DNA of 64,000 bases, from the NCBI GenBank assembly GCA_963728605.1, contig CAVSKS010000008.1, forward strand, positions 43,329-107,328. Reading direction: 5' to 3'. The notes beneath the pieces are model-generated. The model was not told where the DNA came from. It saw nothing but the letters and a program-made list of their open reading frames with translations, and did not search any database. Positions 18,057 to 30,817 of the stretch are shown piece by piece. The translations under genes were made by a program, and so were the position numbers. Source of the DNA: an uncultured Chloroflexia bacterium (GTDB taxonomy: Bacteria; Chloroflexota; Limnocylindria; Limnocylindrales; CSP1-4). Each line of letters starts with the position of its first letter. The first letter of the stretch is position 1.

Positions 18057-19469
18057 GTGACCCATTCCCCCGTGTCCGATCCGGATCAGGTCGCGCCCGC
18101 CGTCGCCGAGCTCGACACGATCGTGTCGCTCTCGAAACGGCGCGGCTTCATCTTCCCCTCGAGCGAGATCTACGGCGGGATCAACGCCGTCTGGGACTAC
18201 GGGCCGCTGGGCGTCGAGCTCAAGAACAACGTCAAGCGGGCCTGGTGGCGGGCGATGGTCCAGGAGCGCGACGACATCGTCGGCCTCGATGCCGGGATCC
18301 TGATGCACCCCCAGGTCTGGGTCACCTCCGGCCACGTGGCCGAGTTCAGCGATCCGATGGTCGAGTGCCAGACGGACCACAAGCGGTTCCGCGTCGACGA
18401 GCTCCCCGGGGCGGAGGACCTGAGCCCGAAGGAGCTGCTGGACCCCGGGATCATCGAGCGACTGGGGCTCAAGTGCCCGGTCGACGGCGGCCCGCTGTCG
18501 GCCCCGCGGCAGTTCAACCTGATGCTCAAGACGCACCTCGGGCCGGTCGAGGAGGACGCCGCCGTCGTCTACCTCCGACCGGAGACGGCGCAGGGCATCT
18601 ACGTCAACTTCAAGAATGTCCAGGCGACGTCGCGCAAGAAGATCCCGTTCGGGATCGCCCAGGTCGGCAAGGCGTTCCGCAACGAGATCAGCCCCGGCAA
18701 CTTCGTCTTCCGGATGCGCGAGTTCGAGCAGATGGAGATGCAGTACTTCGTCCGCCCGGACGGCGCGACCGCGGCGTTCGAGGAGTGGCTGCCCCGCCGC
18801 CGCGCCTGGTACGAGCGGTACGGGATCTCGCCCGAGCGGCTCCGCTTCCGCGAGCACCGCCCGGACGAGCTGGCCCACTACGCCAAGAAGGCGGTCGACG
18901 TCGAGTACCGCTTCCCGTTCGGCTGGAAGGAGCTGGAGGGGATCCACAACCGGGGCGACTTCGACCTGTCGAATCATGCGCGCGCCTCGGGCGAGAACCT
19001 GCAGTACTTCGACCCTTCGACCGAGGAGCACTTCATCCCCTGGATCGTCGAGACGTCCGCCGGCGGTGACCGGGCGCCGTTCACGTTCCTGATCGATGCC
19101 TACCGCGAGGAGGAGGTCCGTGGCGAGACCCGCGTCTCGCTGGCCCTCCATCCGGAGCTGGCGCCGTACAAGGTGGCCGTCCTGCCGCTGCTCAAGAAGC
19201 GCCCGGAGATCGTCGAGCTCTGTCACAGGATCAAGGCCGATCTCCAGCGCCACACGATGGCCGTCTACGACGACACGGCCGCGATCGGCAAGCTGTACCG
19301 GCGCCAGGACGAGATCGGGACGCCGTGGTGCGTGACGGTCGACGTCGATTCGCTCACCGACGGTGCGGTGACGGTCCGTGACCGCGATTCGATGACCCAG
19401 GAACGAATCCCGGTCGAGGGCGTGACCCGGCTGATCCTCGATCGCCTCGAGGCCGCCCGAGGGGCATAG
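18057..19469 (+). CDS. glyQS: glycine--tRNA ligase (dimeric class II type)
   Basis: KRRGFIFPSSEIYGG, FRNEISPGNF and a C-terminal anticodon-binding region. GTG 18057 is preceded by AGGAG. Confidence 0.9.
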   Translation: MTHSPVSDPDQVAPAVAELDTIVSLSKRRGFIFPSSEIYGGINAVWDYGPLGVELKNNVKRAWWRAMVQERDDIVGLDAGILMHPQVWVTSGHVAEFSDPMVECQTDHKRFRVDELPGAEDLSPKELLDPGIIERLGLKCPVDGGPLSAPRQFNLMLKTHLGPVEEDAAVVYLRPETAQGIYVNFKNVQATSRKKIPFGIAQVGKAFRNEISPGNFVFRMREFEQMEMQYFVRPDGATAAFEEWLPRRRAWYERYGISPERLRFREHRPDELAHYAKKAVDVEYRFPFGWKELEGIHNRGDFDLSNHARASGENLQYFDPSTEEHFIPWIVETSAGGDRAPFTFLIDAYREEEVRGETRVSLALHPELAPYKVAVLPLLKKRPEIVELCHRIKADLQRHTMAVYDDTAAIGKLYRRQDEIGTPWCVTVDVDSLTDGAVTVRDRDSMTQERIPVEGVTRLILDRLEAARGA

Positions 19470-19471
19470 GC

Positions 19472-20444
19472 ATGGCTCCCGACGCGACTACGGCGGCCGA
19501 ACGGCTTGCTGCCGCGGCCCGGGGCTGGCTGGCGGGCCTGGACGAGCGGCAACGCGAGGCGGCGAACTTCGCCTTCGAAGACGACGAGCGCTTCGTCTGG
19601 CACTACGTTCCCGGCGAGCGGCGGGGCGTCTCGCTGGGCTGGATGACGCCGCCGCAGCGCGTCCTGGCGCTGGGCATCGTCGACGCGGCGATGAGCGATC
19701 GTGGCGCCAGGGAGCTGCGGTCGGTGATCGACCTCGAGGTCATCCTCGGTGCGCTCGAAGGAAAGAGCGGCTACCGGGATCCCGGACGGTACTGGTTCGC
19801 GATCTTCGGCGAGCCCGGGGACGGGGGCCCGTGGAGCTGGCGAGTCGGCGGGCACCATGTCGCCATCCACGGCACGCTCGCCGGTGGTGTCGTCATCGGC
19901 GCCACGCCGTCGTTCCTCGGCGCGAACCCGGCGACCGTACCGAGTGGGCCACTGGCCGGCCACCGCGCGCTCGACGGCGAGGAGCGCCTGGCCCGCGAGC
20001 TCCTTGCCAGCCTGACACCGGCCCAGCGCGGACTGGCGGTCGTCGACCCCGCCGCACCACCGGACATCCTGAGCGGCACCGGCCACAGGGCCGACCTCCG
20101 CGAGGTGCCGAGCGGGATCCGCGCCGACGCCCTCGAACCCGCCCAGCGCGACCTGTTGGAACGGCTGGTCCGGCACTACCTGGAGCGGTTCGAGACCGGC
20201 ACGGCGGACCGGGCGTGGGCACGCGTCGACGCTGCCGGGTTCGACGAGGTCACGTTCGCCTGGGCCGGCCCGGACCAGCCCGGCCGCGGCCACTACTACG
20301 CGATTCGCGGGCCGACGCTGCTGCTCGAGTACGACAACACCCAGAATGGCGCCAACCACATCCACTCGGTCTGGCGCGACCCGACGAACGACTGGGGGCA
20401 AGGACATCCTGGCGGCTCATTACGGCGCTGCACGCAGCCCATGA
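19472..20444 (+). CDS. DUF3500 family protein, with an apparent frameshift in a G5 run at 20394-20398
   Basis: HYYAIRGPTLLLEYDNTQNGANHIHSVWRDPTNDWG is the typical DUF3500 C-terminal region. Removing one G gives ...GKDILAAHYGAARSP-stop at 20444. The raw ORF otherwise runs antisense through the FNR gene. Confidence 0.7.
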
Positions 20445-20458
20445 AAGGATCCGGGCCG

Positions 20459-21283
20459 TTACTCGACCGCCGCGGCGCCCGTCGGCTCCTTGCCCTTGGG
20501 CCAGTAGAGCTCCTTCTTGACCTGCTCCTCGGCGAAGCCGCGCTCGAGGAGGGTGGCCTCGGCCGACAGGATCATGTCCGGGTTGCCGCAGATGTAGGCG
20601 ATCGTGTTCTCGGCCGTGAGCCCCAGCTCGTCGCACACCGGGCCGACGATCGTCTCGACCCGCCCGGTCCGGCCCGTCCAACCGGCGTTGGCCGGATCGG
20701 CCGGCCGGGAGACCGTGGGCACGTAGGTGACCGGGTACTCGCCGGTGCGTTCCCAGTCCTCGAGCAGCTCGCGATAGCCGAGGTCCGCCTCGTAGGACAC
20801 GCCGTTGAGGAAGACTGCCTTCCGGGTGGCGCCGCCCTCCAGCATCCAGCGCATCATCGAGACGAAGGGGGCGTTGCCCGTGCCCGACGAGATGAACAGG
20901 TGCGTCCGATCGTCGTCCGGCTGGAGCATGAACTTGCCCTTGGGGCCGATCATCCGCATCCGGTGGCCAGTGGGCAGGTTCCAGAGGAACGGCGTGAACG
21001 CCCCTTCCTCGACGAGGCGCACGTACATCTCGTAGCCGTCCGTTCCGGCAACGCGCGGCGAGGACGCGACCGAGTACGGGCGCTGGACGATCTTGGCGTC
21101 GACGAACACCCCGATGGTCATGTACTGGCCGGGCTCGAAGGAAGTTGGCTCGCCGTCGAATCGGACCCAGAAGGACGCCAGCGCATCGGTGAAGTCCTCC
21201 CGGCGGACGAGCGAGGCGTTGTAGCGCTCGTCGTCGGCCGCGACCTGCCGTTCGGCGGCCGGGATGGGGGCGGTGTCGGTCAT
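20459..21283 (-). CDS. ferredoxin--NADP+ reductase (plant-type FNR fold)
   Basis: RPYSVAS (FAD), GTGNAPF (NADP) and YICGNP motifs. ATG at 21283. Confidence 0.85.
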   Translation of the reverse strand: MTDTAPIPAAERQVAADDERYNASLVRREDFTDALASFWVRFDGEPTSFEPGQYMTIGVFVDAKIVQRPYSVASSPRVAGTDGYEMYVRLVEEGAFTPFLWNLPTGHRMRMIGPKGKFMLQPDDDRTHLFISSGTGNAPFVSMMRWMLEGGATRKAVFLNGVSYEADLGYRELLEDWERTGEYPVTYVPTVSRPADPANAGWTGRTGRVETIVGPVCDELGLTAENTIAYICGNPDMILSAEATLLERGFAEEQVKKELYWPKGKEPTGAAAVE

Positions 21284-21311
21284 CGGAGCAGTGTAGCCAG
21301 CGCGAGCGGCC

Positions 21312-21797
21312 TCAACCCTGCTGCAGCAACGGGCCGCACGTCGAGCCGACCGTCGGCGGGGCGCGTTCGACGACCACGACCTCCGGGGTGACGGTGATCC
21401 ACGTCGGCAGGGTGGGCGTCTGGATTTCGCCGGTCGACCAGAGGATCGAGAGGCCGTTGAAGGTGCCGGGCAGATCGTGTGGATCGCCGGTGAACTCGGC
21501 GAGCTGCGCATCCAGGATGCGGGTCGGGTCGACCAGCAGTGAGATCAGCAGGTCGCTCGCGGGGACGCCACTGAGCCCAGGAACGAGAACGGCTGCGCCG
21601 CCGCATGGTCGAAGCGCCGTGGTGTATGCCTCGACGTCGCCACCCCGTTGGGAGACCTCGACTACGACCGCCTGGTCGATCCAGCTCTGAACATGGATCG
21701 CCCGGGCGGGGTCCACGGCCGAGGGCGCGGGGCCGGCGCATGCGCCGGCGGCCAGCGCGACGAGCAGCGACCCGACCGTGAAAGCGCGCCGGAACAC
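21312..21797 (-). CDS. hypothetical lipoprotein
   Basis: Signal peptide with lipobox LAAGAC. GTG 21797. Confidence 0.5.
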   Translation of the reverse strand: MFRRAFTVGSLLVALAAGACAGPAPSAVDPARAIHVQSWIDQAVVVEVSQRGGDVEAYTTALRPCGGAAVLVPGLSGVPASDLLISLLVDPTRILDAQLAEFTGDPHDLPGTFNGLSILWSTGEIQTPTLPTWITVTPEVVVVERAPPTVGSTCGPLLQQG

Positions 21798-21823
21798 TCG
21801 TTGATCGTACCGTCGGCGCGGGG

Positions 21824-23671
21824 TCAGAGCGGGGTGATGGTCGCCGAGGTCCCGCTGACCGTCACCCGCTCGGATCGCGAGCCAACCGTTACGACGACGC
21901 TGTAGCCCGCCGCCGTGAGCGTTAGGTTGGAGACCGTCGCCGACGGCGTCCCGGCCGCGGGGACGAGCAGCGTCAGGTAGCGGACCGACGTCCCGGTCTT
22001 GACGACCTCGACCACGGGTGCCGCGATGCGGTGCCCGTGCCGGTAGGAGATCCAGCCCTGGATCGGCGAGGTCCGGCCGCTGACGACCGCCTGGGTCGAA
22101 CTGCCCACGAGCTGCCGGACCAGCAGGTTGCCGCGACGCTGCCGGGTCACGAAGCGGTTCGTGGAGAGCAGCGGATTGGCCGTCGCCGACAGGTGCCAGA
22201 GCTGTCGGAACGTGCGAGGCACGGAAGCGGTAAGCCGGTCGTCGACGAGCAGGTAGTTGAGGCGGCGCGAGAACGTGACGGCTCGCTGCTGCGCCACGCC
22301 GGCGTAGCCGCTGGTCGAGGTTACCGCGTGGACCATCGTGCTGGAGCTCGAACGGCCGAGCAGCGCCGTCGGGGTCTTGGCGTTCCACTTCAGGCCGTCG
22401 ACGGTCACCACGTTGTGCGCCGACCGCCCCTTGAAGTACGACCGGTAGGGATCGAGGTTGTAGCTGTACTTGCCGGGATCGAGCAGGAGCCGCGACCCGT
22501 AGCCGTAGAGCGTGATCCCGGTGCCGTCCGCGTGGCCGTGGATGTACGGTGCGGGCCCCCAGCGCAGCGAGTAGAACACCTCATCCAGGAACGGCCGGTT
22601 CTCGCCCCATCCTGATCGGCAGAACAGGTACCCGGCGCTGTACACGGCCAGCGTTGTCGACGGCTTCGGTCCGGACGCCCCGCGGGTCGCAACGTACTCC
22701 GCCGACGTGCCCGGCAGGTTCGGCGTCGTCTGCCTGTCGGTGTCGCCGATGTGCTCGAGCGTCCCATCCGGCAGGCTGGAGTGGGTGATGAAGTTGGGCA
22801 TCAGGGCGACCCGCGAGAATGCCGCCGGGACGGCGATGCCCATGGCCTGCATCCGGGACTTGGCCAGCAGGTAGCGGCTCCGGTTGTACACCTGGTACCC
22901 GGTCGACTGCTCGTTGGTCACGCCCTGGCCGTCGACGCTCTCGAGGATGAGCGCAGCGATCCGCGCCACCGCCAGGTTCTTCCAGTCGCTGCGCCCCAGG
23001 ACGTGGCCGACCTCCAGCAGGGCGATCGACTGGTTGAGTGCGTGGTTCCCGTGGTCGACGTAGAACGCGGGCTCGGCGAGTGTCTCGCCGTGGACCTCGA
23101 GGGAGGCCATCAGCCATGCGGCGCCGTCGAAGTACGGAGCGGCGCAGGTGAGGACGACGGCTCGCAGCGCCGTCGAGTGGTCGTTCCACGACCAGATCGA
23201 GGGAGCGCCCTGGCGCGGGTTGTCGGCGATCCAGTCGCGCAGCAGGGTCGACGCCCGGACGCGATACCCATGGTCGCCGGTCAGCGACCGCGCCTCGAGG
23301 AGGTCCGACACGGTTGGCAGCGAGTGGAACATGAACTGCCAGTTGCGGTCGCCGAGCGGATCTTCCGCCCAGGTCGGGTCGAGGCCAAGGCTGACGACCG
23401 GATGCGACCCGAGGGCATACCGGCCGGCGAGCGCCAGGTTGGCCCGGTCGATGGCCGGGCTGCCAGTCCGGCAATGGCTCTGCAGCGGCGGGTCGGCGGG
23501 TCGCACCGGGATCGGCGGACGCGGCGTGCCCGGAACCAGGTCGTCGGCGCGGGCGGAGGGCACCGCCCAGTCGCCGGCCCCAAGCGGTGACCAGGACGCT
23601 GTCGTGACGAGACAGGCGGCAAGAAAGGCGGCGCCGAGGACGGACGTCAGCCGGCGATGTGACGGGACCAC
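21824..23671 (-). CDS. secreted alginate lyase / heparinase II/III-like protein
   Basis: Signal-like N-terminus, then a WNDHSTALR and DHGNHALNQSIALLE type toroid region followed by a beta-sandwich region. GTG 23671 is 4 nt after AGGAG. Confidence 0.7.
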   Translation of the reverse strand: MVPSHRRLTSVLGAAFLAACLVTTASWSPLGAGDWAVPSARADDLVPGTPRPPIPVRPADPPLQSHCRTGSPAIDRANLALAGRYALGSHPVVSLGLDPTWAEDPLGDRNWQFMFHSLPTVSDLLEARSLTGDHGYRVRASTLLRDWIADNPRQGAPSIWSWNDHSTALRAVVLTCAAPYFDGAAWLMASLEVHGETLAEPAFYVDHGNHALNQSIALLEVGHVLGRSDWKNLAVARIAALILESVDGQGVTNEQSTGYQVYNRSRYLLAKSRMQAMGIAVPAAFSRVALMPNFITHSSLPDGTLEHIGDTDRQTTPNLPGTSAEYVATRGASGPKPSTTLAVYSAGYLFCRSGWGENRPFLDEVFYSLRWGPAPYIHGHADGTGITLYGYGSRLLLDPGKYSYNLDPYRSYFKGRSAHNVVTVDGLKWNAKTPTALLGRSSSSTMVHAVTSTSGYAGVAQQRAVTFSRRLNYLLVDDRLTASVPRTFRQLWHLSATANPLLSTNRFVTRQRRGNLLVRQLVGSSTQAVVSGRTSPIQGWISYRHGHRIAAPVVEVVKTGTSVRYLTLLVPAAGTPSATVSNLTLTAAGYSVVVTVGSRSERVTVSGTSATITPL

Positions 23672-23883
23672 GAGTCTCCTCGAGGAATCGCTGACAGGCT
23701 TGCCGATTGTGCCACCCCAGCCAACGCCTTCGCGCCCCGCCCAAGGTCCGGGGTCCGACCCCTGACCGCGGCTACCGTTCCGCAACCCGGCCAACGGCCC
23801 GTAGCGGGCTACAATCCGAACGACCCAACGATTCGACCGCGCCGCTCACGAGCGGCGCCGCCCGCTGCAAGGAGCCCATCCCC

Positions 23884-26661
<2,778 letters not shown>

Positions 26662-26671
26662 CCGAACGCCG

Positions 26672-27634
26672 ATGCTCGCCCACGTCCGCTACGTAACGGA
26701 AGGGGAGGCGGGCGACCCGATTGCCTTCCTGGCCGCGGTCCTGGGTCGCGTCGAGACGTGGATCACGTTCGGGATCGGTGGGCTGGCCGTCATCGCGGTG
26801 ATCTGGCTGCTGCTGGCCCGCCGGCCACTGGCGGCCAACTGGGCGCGATTCGCGGAGCGGGCCTGGTCCTACCGCGAGATGGTGCCGTGGATGCTCCGGC
26901 TGAGCGCCGGGCTGGTGCTCATCGGCGCCGGGCTGACCGGCCGGGTTTTCGCCCCGGATGTCGCGATCGCCGGCTGGCCGACGGCCCTCCTCACCGCCAT
27001 CGGCTTCGTCCTCCTGCTGGGGCTGGCCGTCCGCCCCGCCGCGATCGTGGGGCTGGGGCTGTACGGCGCGGCGCTGGTTGCCGCGCCGCACCTGCTCGAG
27101 ATCGCCGACGTTGCGGGCGCCCTCGGCGCGCTGGTCTTCCTGGGACCCGGAGTACCCAGCCTCGATGACCTGGGGCGGGCCGCATTCCCGAGGGCGCCTG
27201 GCGCCGAGGCAGCCACCAGGCCGCAGCCTGACGCCCGCTATGCCGACGTGGTACCGCTGCTCGTTCGGCTGGGGCTGGGTGGCGCGTTCGTCGCCTCCGG
27301 GCTGGTCGACAAGCTGCTGGTTCCGAACCAGGCCCTCGCGACCGTCGACAAGTACGACCTGACCCGGCTCATCCCGGTGGATCCAGGCCTGTGGGTCGTC
27401 GGCGCGGCCGCAGTCGAGACCGCCCTCGGACTGGCGATCCTGGTTGGACTCTTCACCCGCCCGGCGGCGATGCTGGCCTTCGCCGTCCTCACACTGACCC
27501 TGTTCGGCCTGCCGGACGACCCCGTCGTGGCCCATGTCGGGCTGTTCGGGCTGTCGAGCGTGCTGGTCGTCCTGGGCGCCGGCCGGTGGAGCCTCGACCG
27601 GCGGCTGGGCCTCTCGGTTCCGGCTACCGGCTGA
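26672..27634 (+). CDS. polytopic membrane protein, tentatively DoxX-like (two halves)
   Basis: Eight or so hydrophobic helices and a DoxX-like C-terminal half (FVASGLVDKLL...). Weak assignment. Confidence 0.6.
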   Translation: MLAHVRYVTEGEAGDPIAFLAAVLGRVETWITFGIGGLAVIAVIWLLLARRPLAANWARFAERAWSYREMVPWMLRLSAGLVLIGAGLTGRVFAPDVAIAGWPTALLTAIGFVLLLGLAVRPAAIVGLGLYGAALVAAPHLLEIADVAGALGALVFLGPGVPSLDDLGRAAFPRAPGAEAATRPQPDARYADVVPLLVRLGLGGAFVASGLVDKLLVPNQALATVDKYDLTRLIPVDPGLWVVGAAAVETALGLAILVGLFTRPAAMLAFAVLTLTLFGLPDDPVVAHVGLFGLSSVLVVLGAGRWSLDRRLGLSVPATG

Positions 27635-27647
27635 CCCGAATCTGGCC

Positions 27648-29369
27648 TCAGAAGTGCGGTTCGTCCATCCGCCAGCCATTGGTCGTGCGGACCATGTCCC
27701 AGCTGCCGACGAATCGGCGCGGTGAGGGTGCCACCGTCCGGTACTCGGTAAGGTCGACGGCGACTACCGCGGTGCCGCGCTCCGAGTCGAGCTCGACGAC
27801 CTCGCTCCGGGCAACGTCAATCCGCGTCGTTCTCGAGAATCGTCCGTCGATGTATTCGGCGGGCGGGTACTGGGCCTGCATTCGCTCAGTCCACAGCCCG
27901 GCTGCCGCAGCGAACTGGCCGTCCTCCACGAAATCGTAGAAGGCAGCCACCACCAACGCGGGCGACGCCGCGGCCGCCAATGGCGGATCGGGCGTTCCAA
28001 CCGGTTCCGGAACGGACGTCGGCGTCGGATCCGGCTGGGGCGTCGGTGGCGGTGGCGGGACCGGTGTCGGCGGCGGGGTGGGGGACGGCGTCGGCGCAAG
28101 GGACGGTGTCGGGCTGGGTGTCGGGCTGGGTGTCGGACTGGGTGCCTGCGTCGGGACGGTGGCCGTGGGCATCGGCGATGGAACGATCACCGCGACAGCC
28201 GGTGTGGCCGTCGCCGAGAGGACGCCCCCCGGTATCGCGACGAGGCGGGAGCCGACGATCCAGGCCGCGGCGACCACGAACAGCCCGGCGCCCAGCGGCA
28301 GCAACCACAAGGGAGCACCGCGTCGCGTTCTCCTCGTTGGTGCGCCGGCATCGGGCTGCCGGGCGGCAGGCCTGCGGGGCCCGCTGGCGCCGGGACCGAC
28401 CCGGATGCCGTTCGGGGAGATGGGCTCGAGCGGAACGAGGGCGGTGGGCGTTCGGTCCACCGCAGCAGCGACGACGCCCGACCCGGCGGCGACCGGTGCC
28501 GGGCGGCGGCGCAGGACATCCGTCACGGCCCGCGACACGTGTCGGCGGTCCTGGCGCCACCACCCGCGGACGGCCGACGCAAGGGCGTCAGCCGATGGGT
28601 AGCGGTCGCGGGGCGCCCGTGCCATCGCGCGCATCACGATCGGGTCGAGGCCAGCCGGCACCGGCGCGATCGCACTGGGCGGGGGCGGGTCGTCGTGGAG
28701 CCGCTGGAGGGCGACGGCAGCCGGGGAGGGACCATCGAACGGGCGACGGCCGGTCAGCAGCTCGTACAGGACGATGCCCAGGGAATACACGTCGGACGCC
28801 GGTCCGATCGGTTCGCCCAGGACCTGCTCGGGACTGCAGTAGTGGACGGACCCAAGGACCTGTCCGGGGTTCGTCGTCCTGGCATCGCCAAGCGCCCTGG
28901 CGATTCCAAAGTCCACGACGCGGATCTCACCGTCAGGCGTCATCAGGATGTTTGCGGGCTTGATGTCGCGGTGCATGATCCCGCGGTCATGCGCCGCCTG
29001 GAGTGCGTGTGCCGCCGCCATGGTGATCCGAAGGGCCTCGGCGATCGGCAGGGCACCCTTGTCGTGGAGGACCCGCTCGATGTCCGTGCCCTCGACGAGC
29101 TGCATGACGATGAAGTGATCCGTTCCGTCGACCCCGGTGTCATACACCGGGGCGATGTTCCGGTGCGCCAGCGACGCCGCGTTTCGCGCCTCCTGCTGGA
29201 ATCGCCGGACGAACTCCGTGTCGGAGGCGTACTGCGGCCGCAGGACCTTGACCGCGACGGTGCGTCCGAGCACCTCGTCGGTCCCTTCGTAGACGACGGC
29301 CATGCCACCCTCGCCGAGCACGCCTCCGAGTCGATAGCGGCCCGCCAGCAGCTGTCCGTCGATTGCCAT
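27648..29369 (-). CDS. Ser/Thr protein kinase with TM helix, Pro/Thr/Ser-rich linker and extracellular C-terminal domain
   Basis: GEGGMAVVY, VAVK, HRDIKPANIL and DFGIA motifs. One TM follows, then PTPSPTPSPTPS repeats. Confidence 0.9.
   Translation of the reverse strand: MAIDGQLLAGRYRLGGVLGEGGMAVVYEGTDEVLGRTVAVKVLRPQYASDTEFVRRFQQEARNAASLAHRNIAPVYDTGVDGTDHFIVMQLVEGTDIERVLHDKGALPIAEALRITMAAAHALQAAHDRGIMHRDIKPANILMTPDGEIRVVDFGIARALGDARTTNPGQVLGSVHYCSPEQVLGEPIGPASDVYSLGIVLYELLTGRRPFDGPSPAAVALQRLHDDPPPPSAIAPVPAGLDPIVMRAMARAPRDRYPSADALASAVRGWWRQDRRHVSRAVTDVLRRRPAPVAAGSGVVAAAVDRTPTALVPLEPISPNGIRVGPGASGPRRPAARQPDAGAPTRRTRRGAPLWLLPLGAGLFVVAAAWIVGSRLVAIPGGVLSATATPAVAVIVPSPMPTATVPTQAPSPTPSPTPSPTPSLAPTPSPTPPPTPVPPPPPTPQPDPTPTSVPEPVGTPDPPLAAAASPALVVAAFYDFVEDGQFAAAAGLWTERMQAQYPPAEYIDGRFSRTTRIDVARSEVVELDSERGTAVVAVDLTEYRTVAPSPRRFVGSWDMVRTTNGWRMDEPHF
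28105..28140 (-). repeat. three tandem 12-bp units (GGTGTCGGGCTG on + strand) encoding the (PSPT)n linker in the kinase
   Basis: Read directly. The third unit has one mismatch. Confidence 0.8.
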
Positions 29370-29476
29370 GGCCCAAGTGAACCCCCTGGACCCGGCTTGC
29401 GCCGTTCAGCGCAGGCCGATCGCCATGTCTGTCGGCTTGCAGAGCAGCCGCCCCAGTGGACCTACACTCGCCGCAA

Positions 29477-30814
29477 ATGAACGACGTACCGGGTGGACAT
29501 CGCGTCCTGATCGTGGGCGGCGGGTTCGGCGGGCTGTATGCGGCCCGCGGCATCGGCAAGGCCAGGGACATCGACCTGACGCTCGTCGACCGTCGCAACT
29601 TCCACCTCTTCCAGCCGCTCCTCTACCAGGTGGCGACCGGGGCGCTGTCGCCGGGAGAGATCGCCCAGCCGTTGCGGTCGATCCTCCGGAAGAACCGGAA
29701 TACGACGGTGCTGCTCGGCGAGGCCGTCGCGATCGACCCGGACGAGCACGTCGTGGTCCTGTCCGACGGCGGACCGATCGCCTACGACACCCTGGTCGTT
29801 GCCAGCGGGGCCCAGTTCTCGTACTTCGGCAACGATGCCTGGGCAAAGGCCGCGCCGGGCCTCAAGTCGCTCGACGACGCGCTGGAGATCCGACGGCGGA
29901 TCCTGATCGCGTTCGAGGCGGCCGAGCGCGAGCACGTCGCCGAGCGACGGGCCGAGTGGATGACGTTCGTCGTCGTTGGCGGCGGACCCACCGGCGTCGA
30001 GCTGGCCGGTGCCCTCGGCGAGATCGCCAACGACACCCTCAAGCGGGACTTCCGCTCGATCGATCCATCGCAGGCCCGGATTCTCCTGGTCGAGGCGATG
30101 GATCGCATCCTGCCCACCTATCCGGAGGACCGTTCACGGTCCGCACAGCGGCAGCTGGAGCGGCTGGGGGCAACGGTCCGAACCAGGACGAAGGTCGTCC
30201 ACGTCGACAGCCGCCGCGTCCGCGTCGAGTCCGGCGACGGCAAGGAGACCATCCCCACGCGGACCGTGCTCTGGGCTGCCGGCGTGCAGGCGTCGTCGTT
30301 CGCCCGCAAGGTGGCGGAGGCCACCGGCGCCGAGACCGACAAGGCCGGCCGCGTCCGCGTCCGGCCCGACCTGACCGTGCCCGGGCATCCGGAGATCTTC
30401 GTCATCGGCGACGCGGCGGTAATGCCGTGGAAACCCGACCATCCGGCACCGGGGGTCGCCCAGGGCGGCATCCAGTCGGGGAAGTACGTCGCCAAGGCCA
30501 TCCTCGCCCGGGCCCGGGCCCGCGACCGCGACATCAAGGATTTCCGCTACAGCGATCACGGCGATGCGGCGGTCATCGGCCGCCTGTCCGGTGTCACCAA
30601 CATCGGCTGGCTGGGACCGCTTGGCCGCGCCGGTGGGTTCTTCGCCTGGGCCCTGTGGCTGACGATCCACATCATTTACCTGATCGGCTTCGCCAATCGG
30701 ATCGTGGTCACCACCCGCTGGATGTGGAGCTTCTTCACCCACGGCCGGAGCACCCGGCTGATCACCGGCCAGCCGCTCCTGCCGCCGATCGAGGAGCCTG
30801 AGCCGCCCGCTTGA
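29477..30814 (+). CDS. ndh: type II NADH:quinone oxidoreductase
   Basis: VLIVGGGFGG and VVVGGGPTGVELAG dinucleotide-binding motifs. ATG at 29456 is the alternative start. Confidence 0.85.
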   Translation: MNDVPGGHRVLIVGGGFGGLYAARGIGKARDIDLTLVDRRNFHLFQPLLYQVATGALSPGEIAQPLRSILRKNRNTTVLLGEAVAIDPDEHVVVLSDGGPIAYDTLVVASGAQFSYFGNDAWAKAAPGLKSLDDALEIRRRILIAFEAAEREHVAERRAEWMTFVVVGGGPTGVELAGALGEIANDTLKRDFRSIDPSQARILLVEAMDRILPTYPEDRSRSAQRQLERLGATVRTRTKVVHVDSRRVRVESGDGKETIPTRTVLWAAGVQASSFARKVAEATGAETDKAGRVRVRPDLTVPGHPEIFVIGDAAVMPWKPDHPAPGVAQGGIQSGKYVAKAILARARARDRDIKDFRYSDHGDAAVIGRLSGVTNIGWLGPLGRAGGFFAWALWLTIHIIYLIGFANRIVVTTRWMWSFFTHGRSTRLITGQPLLPPIEEPEPPA

Positions 30815-30817
30815 GGG

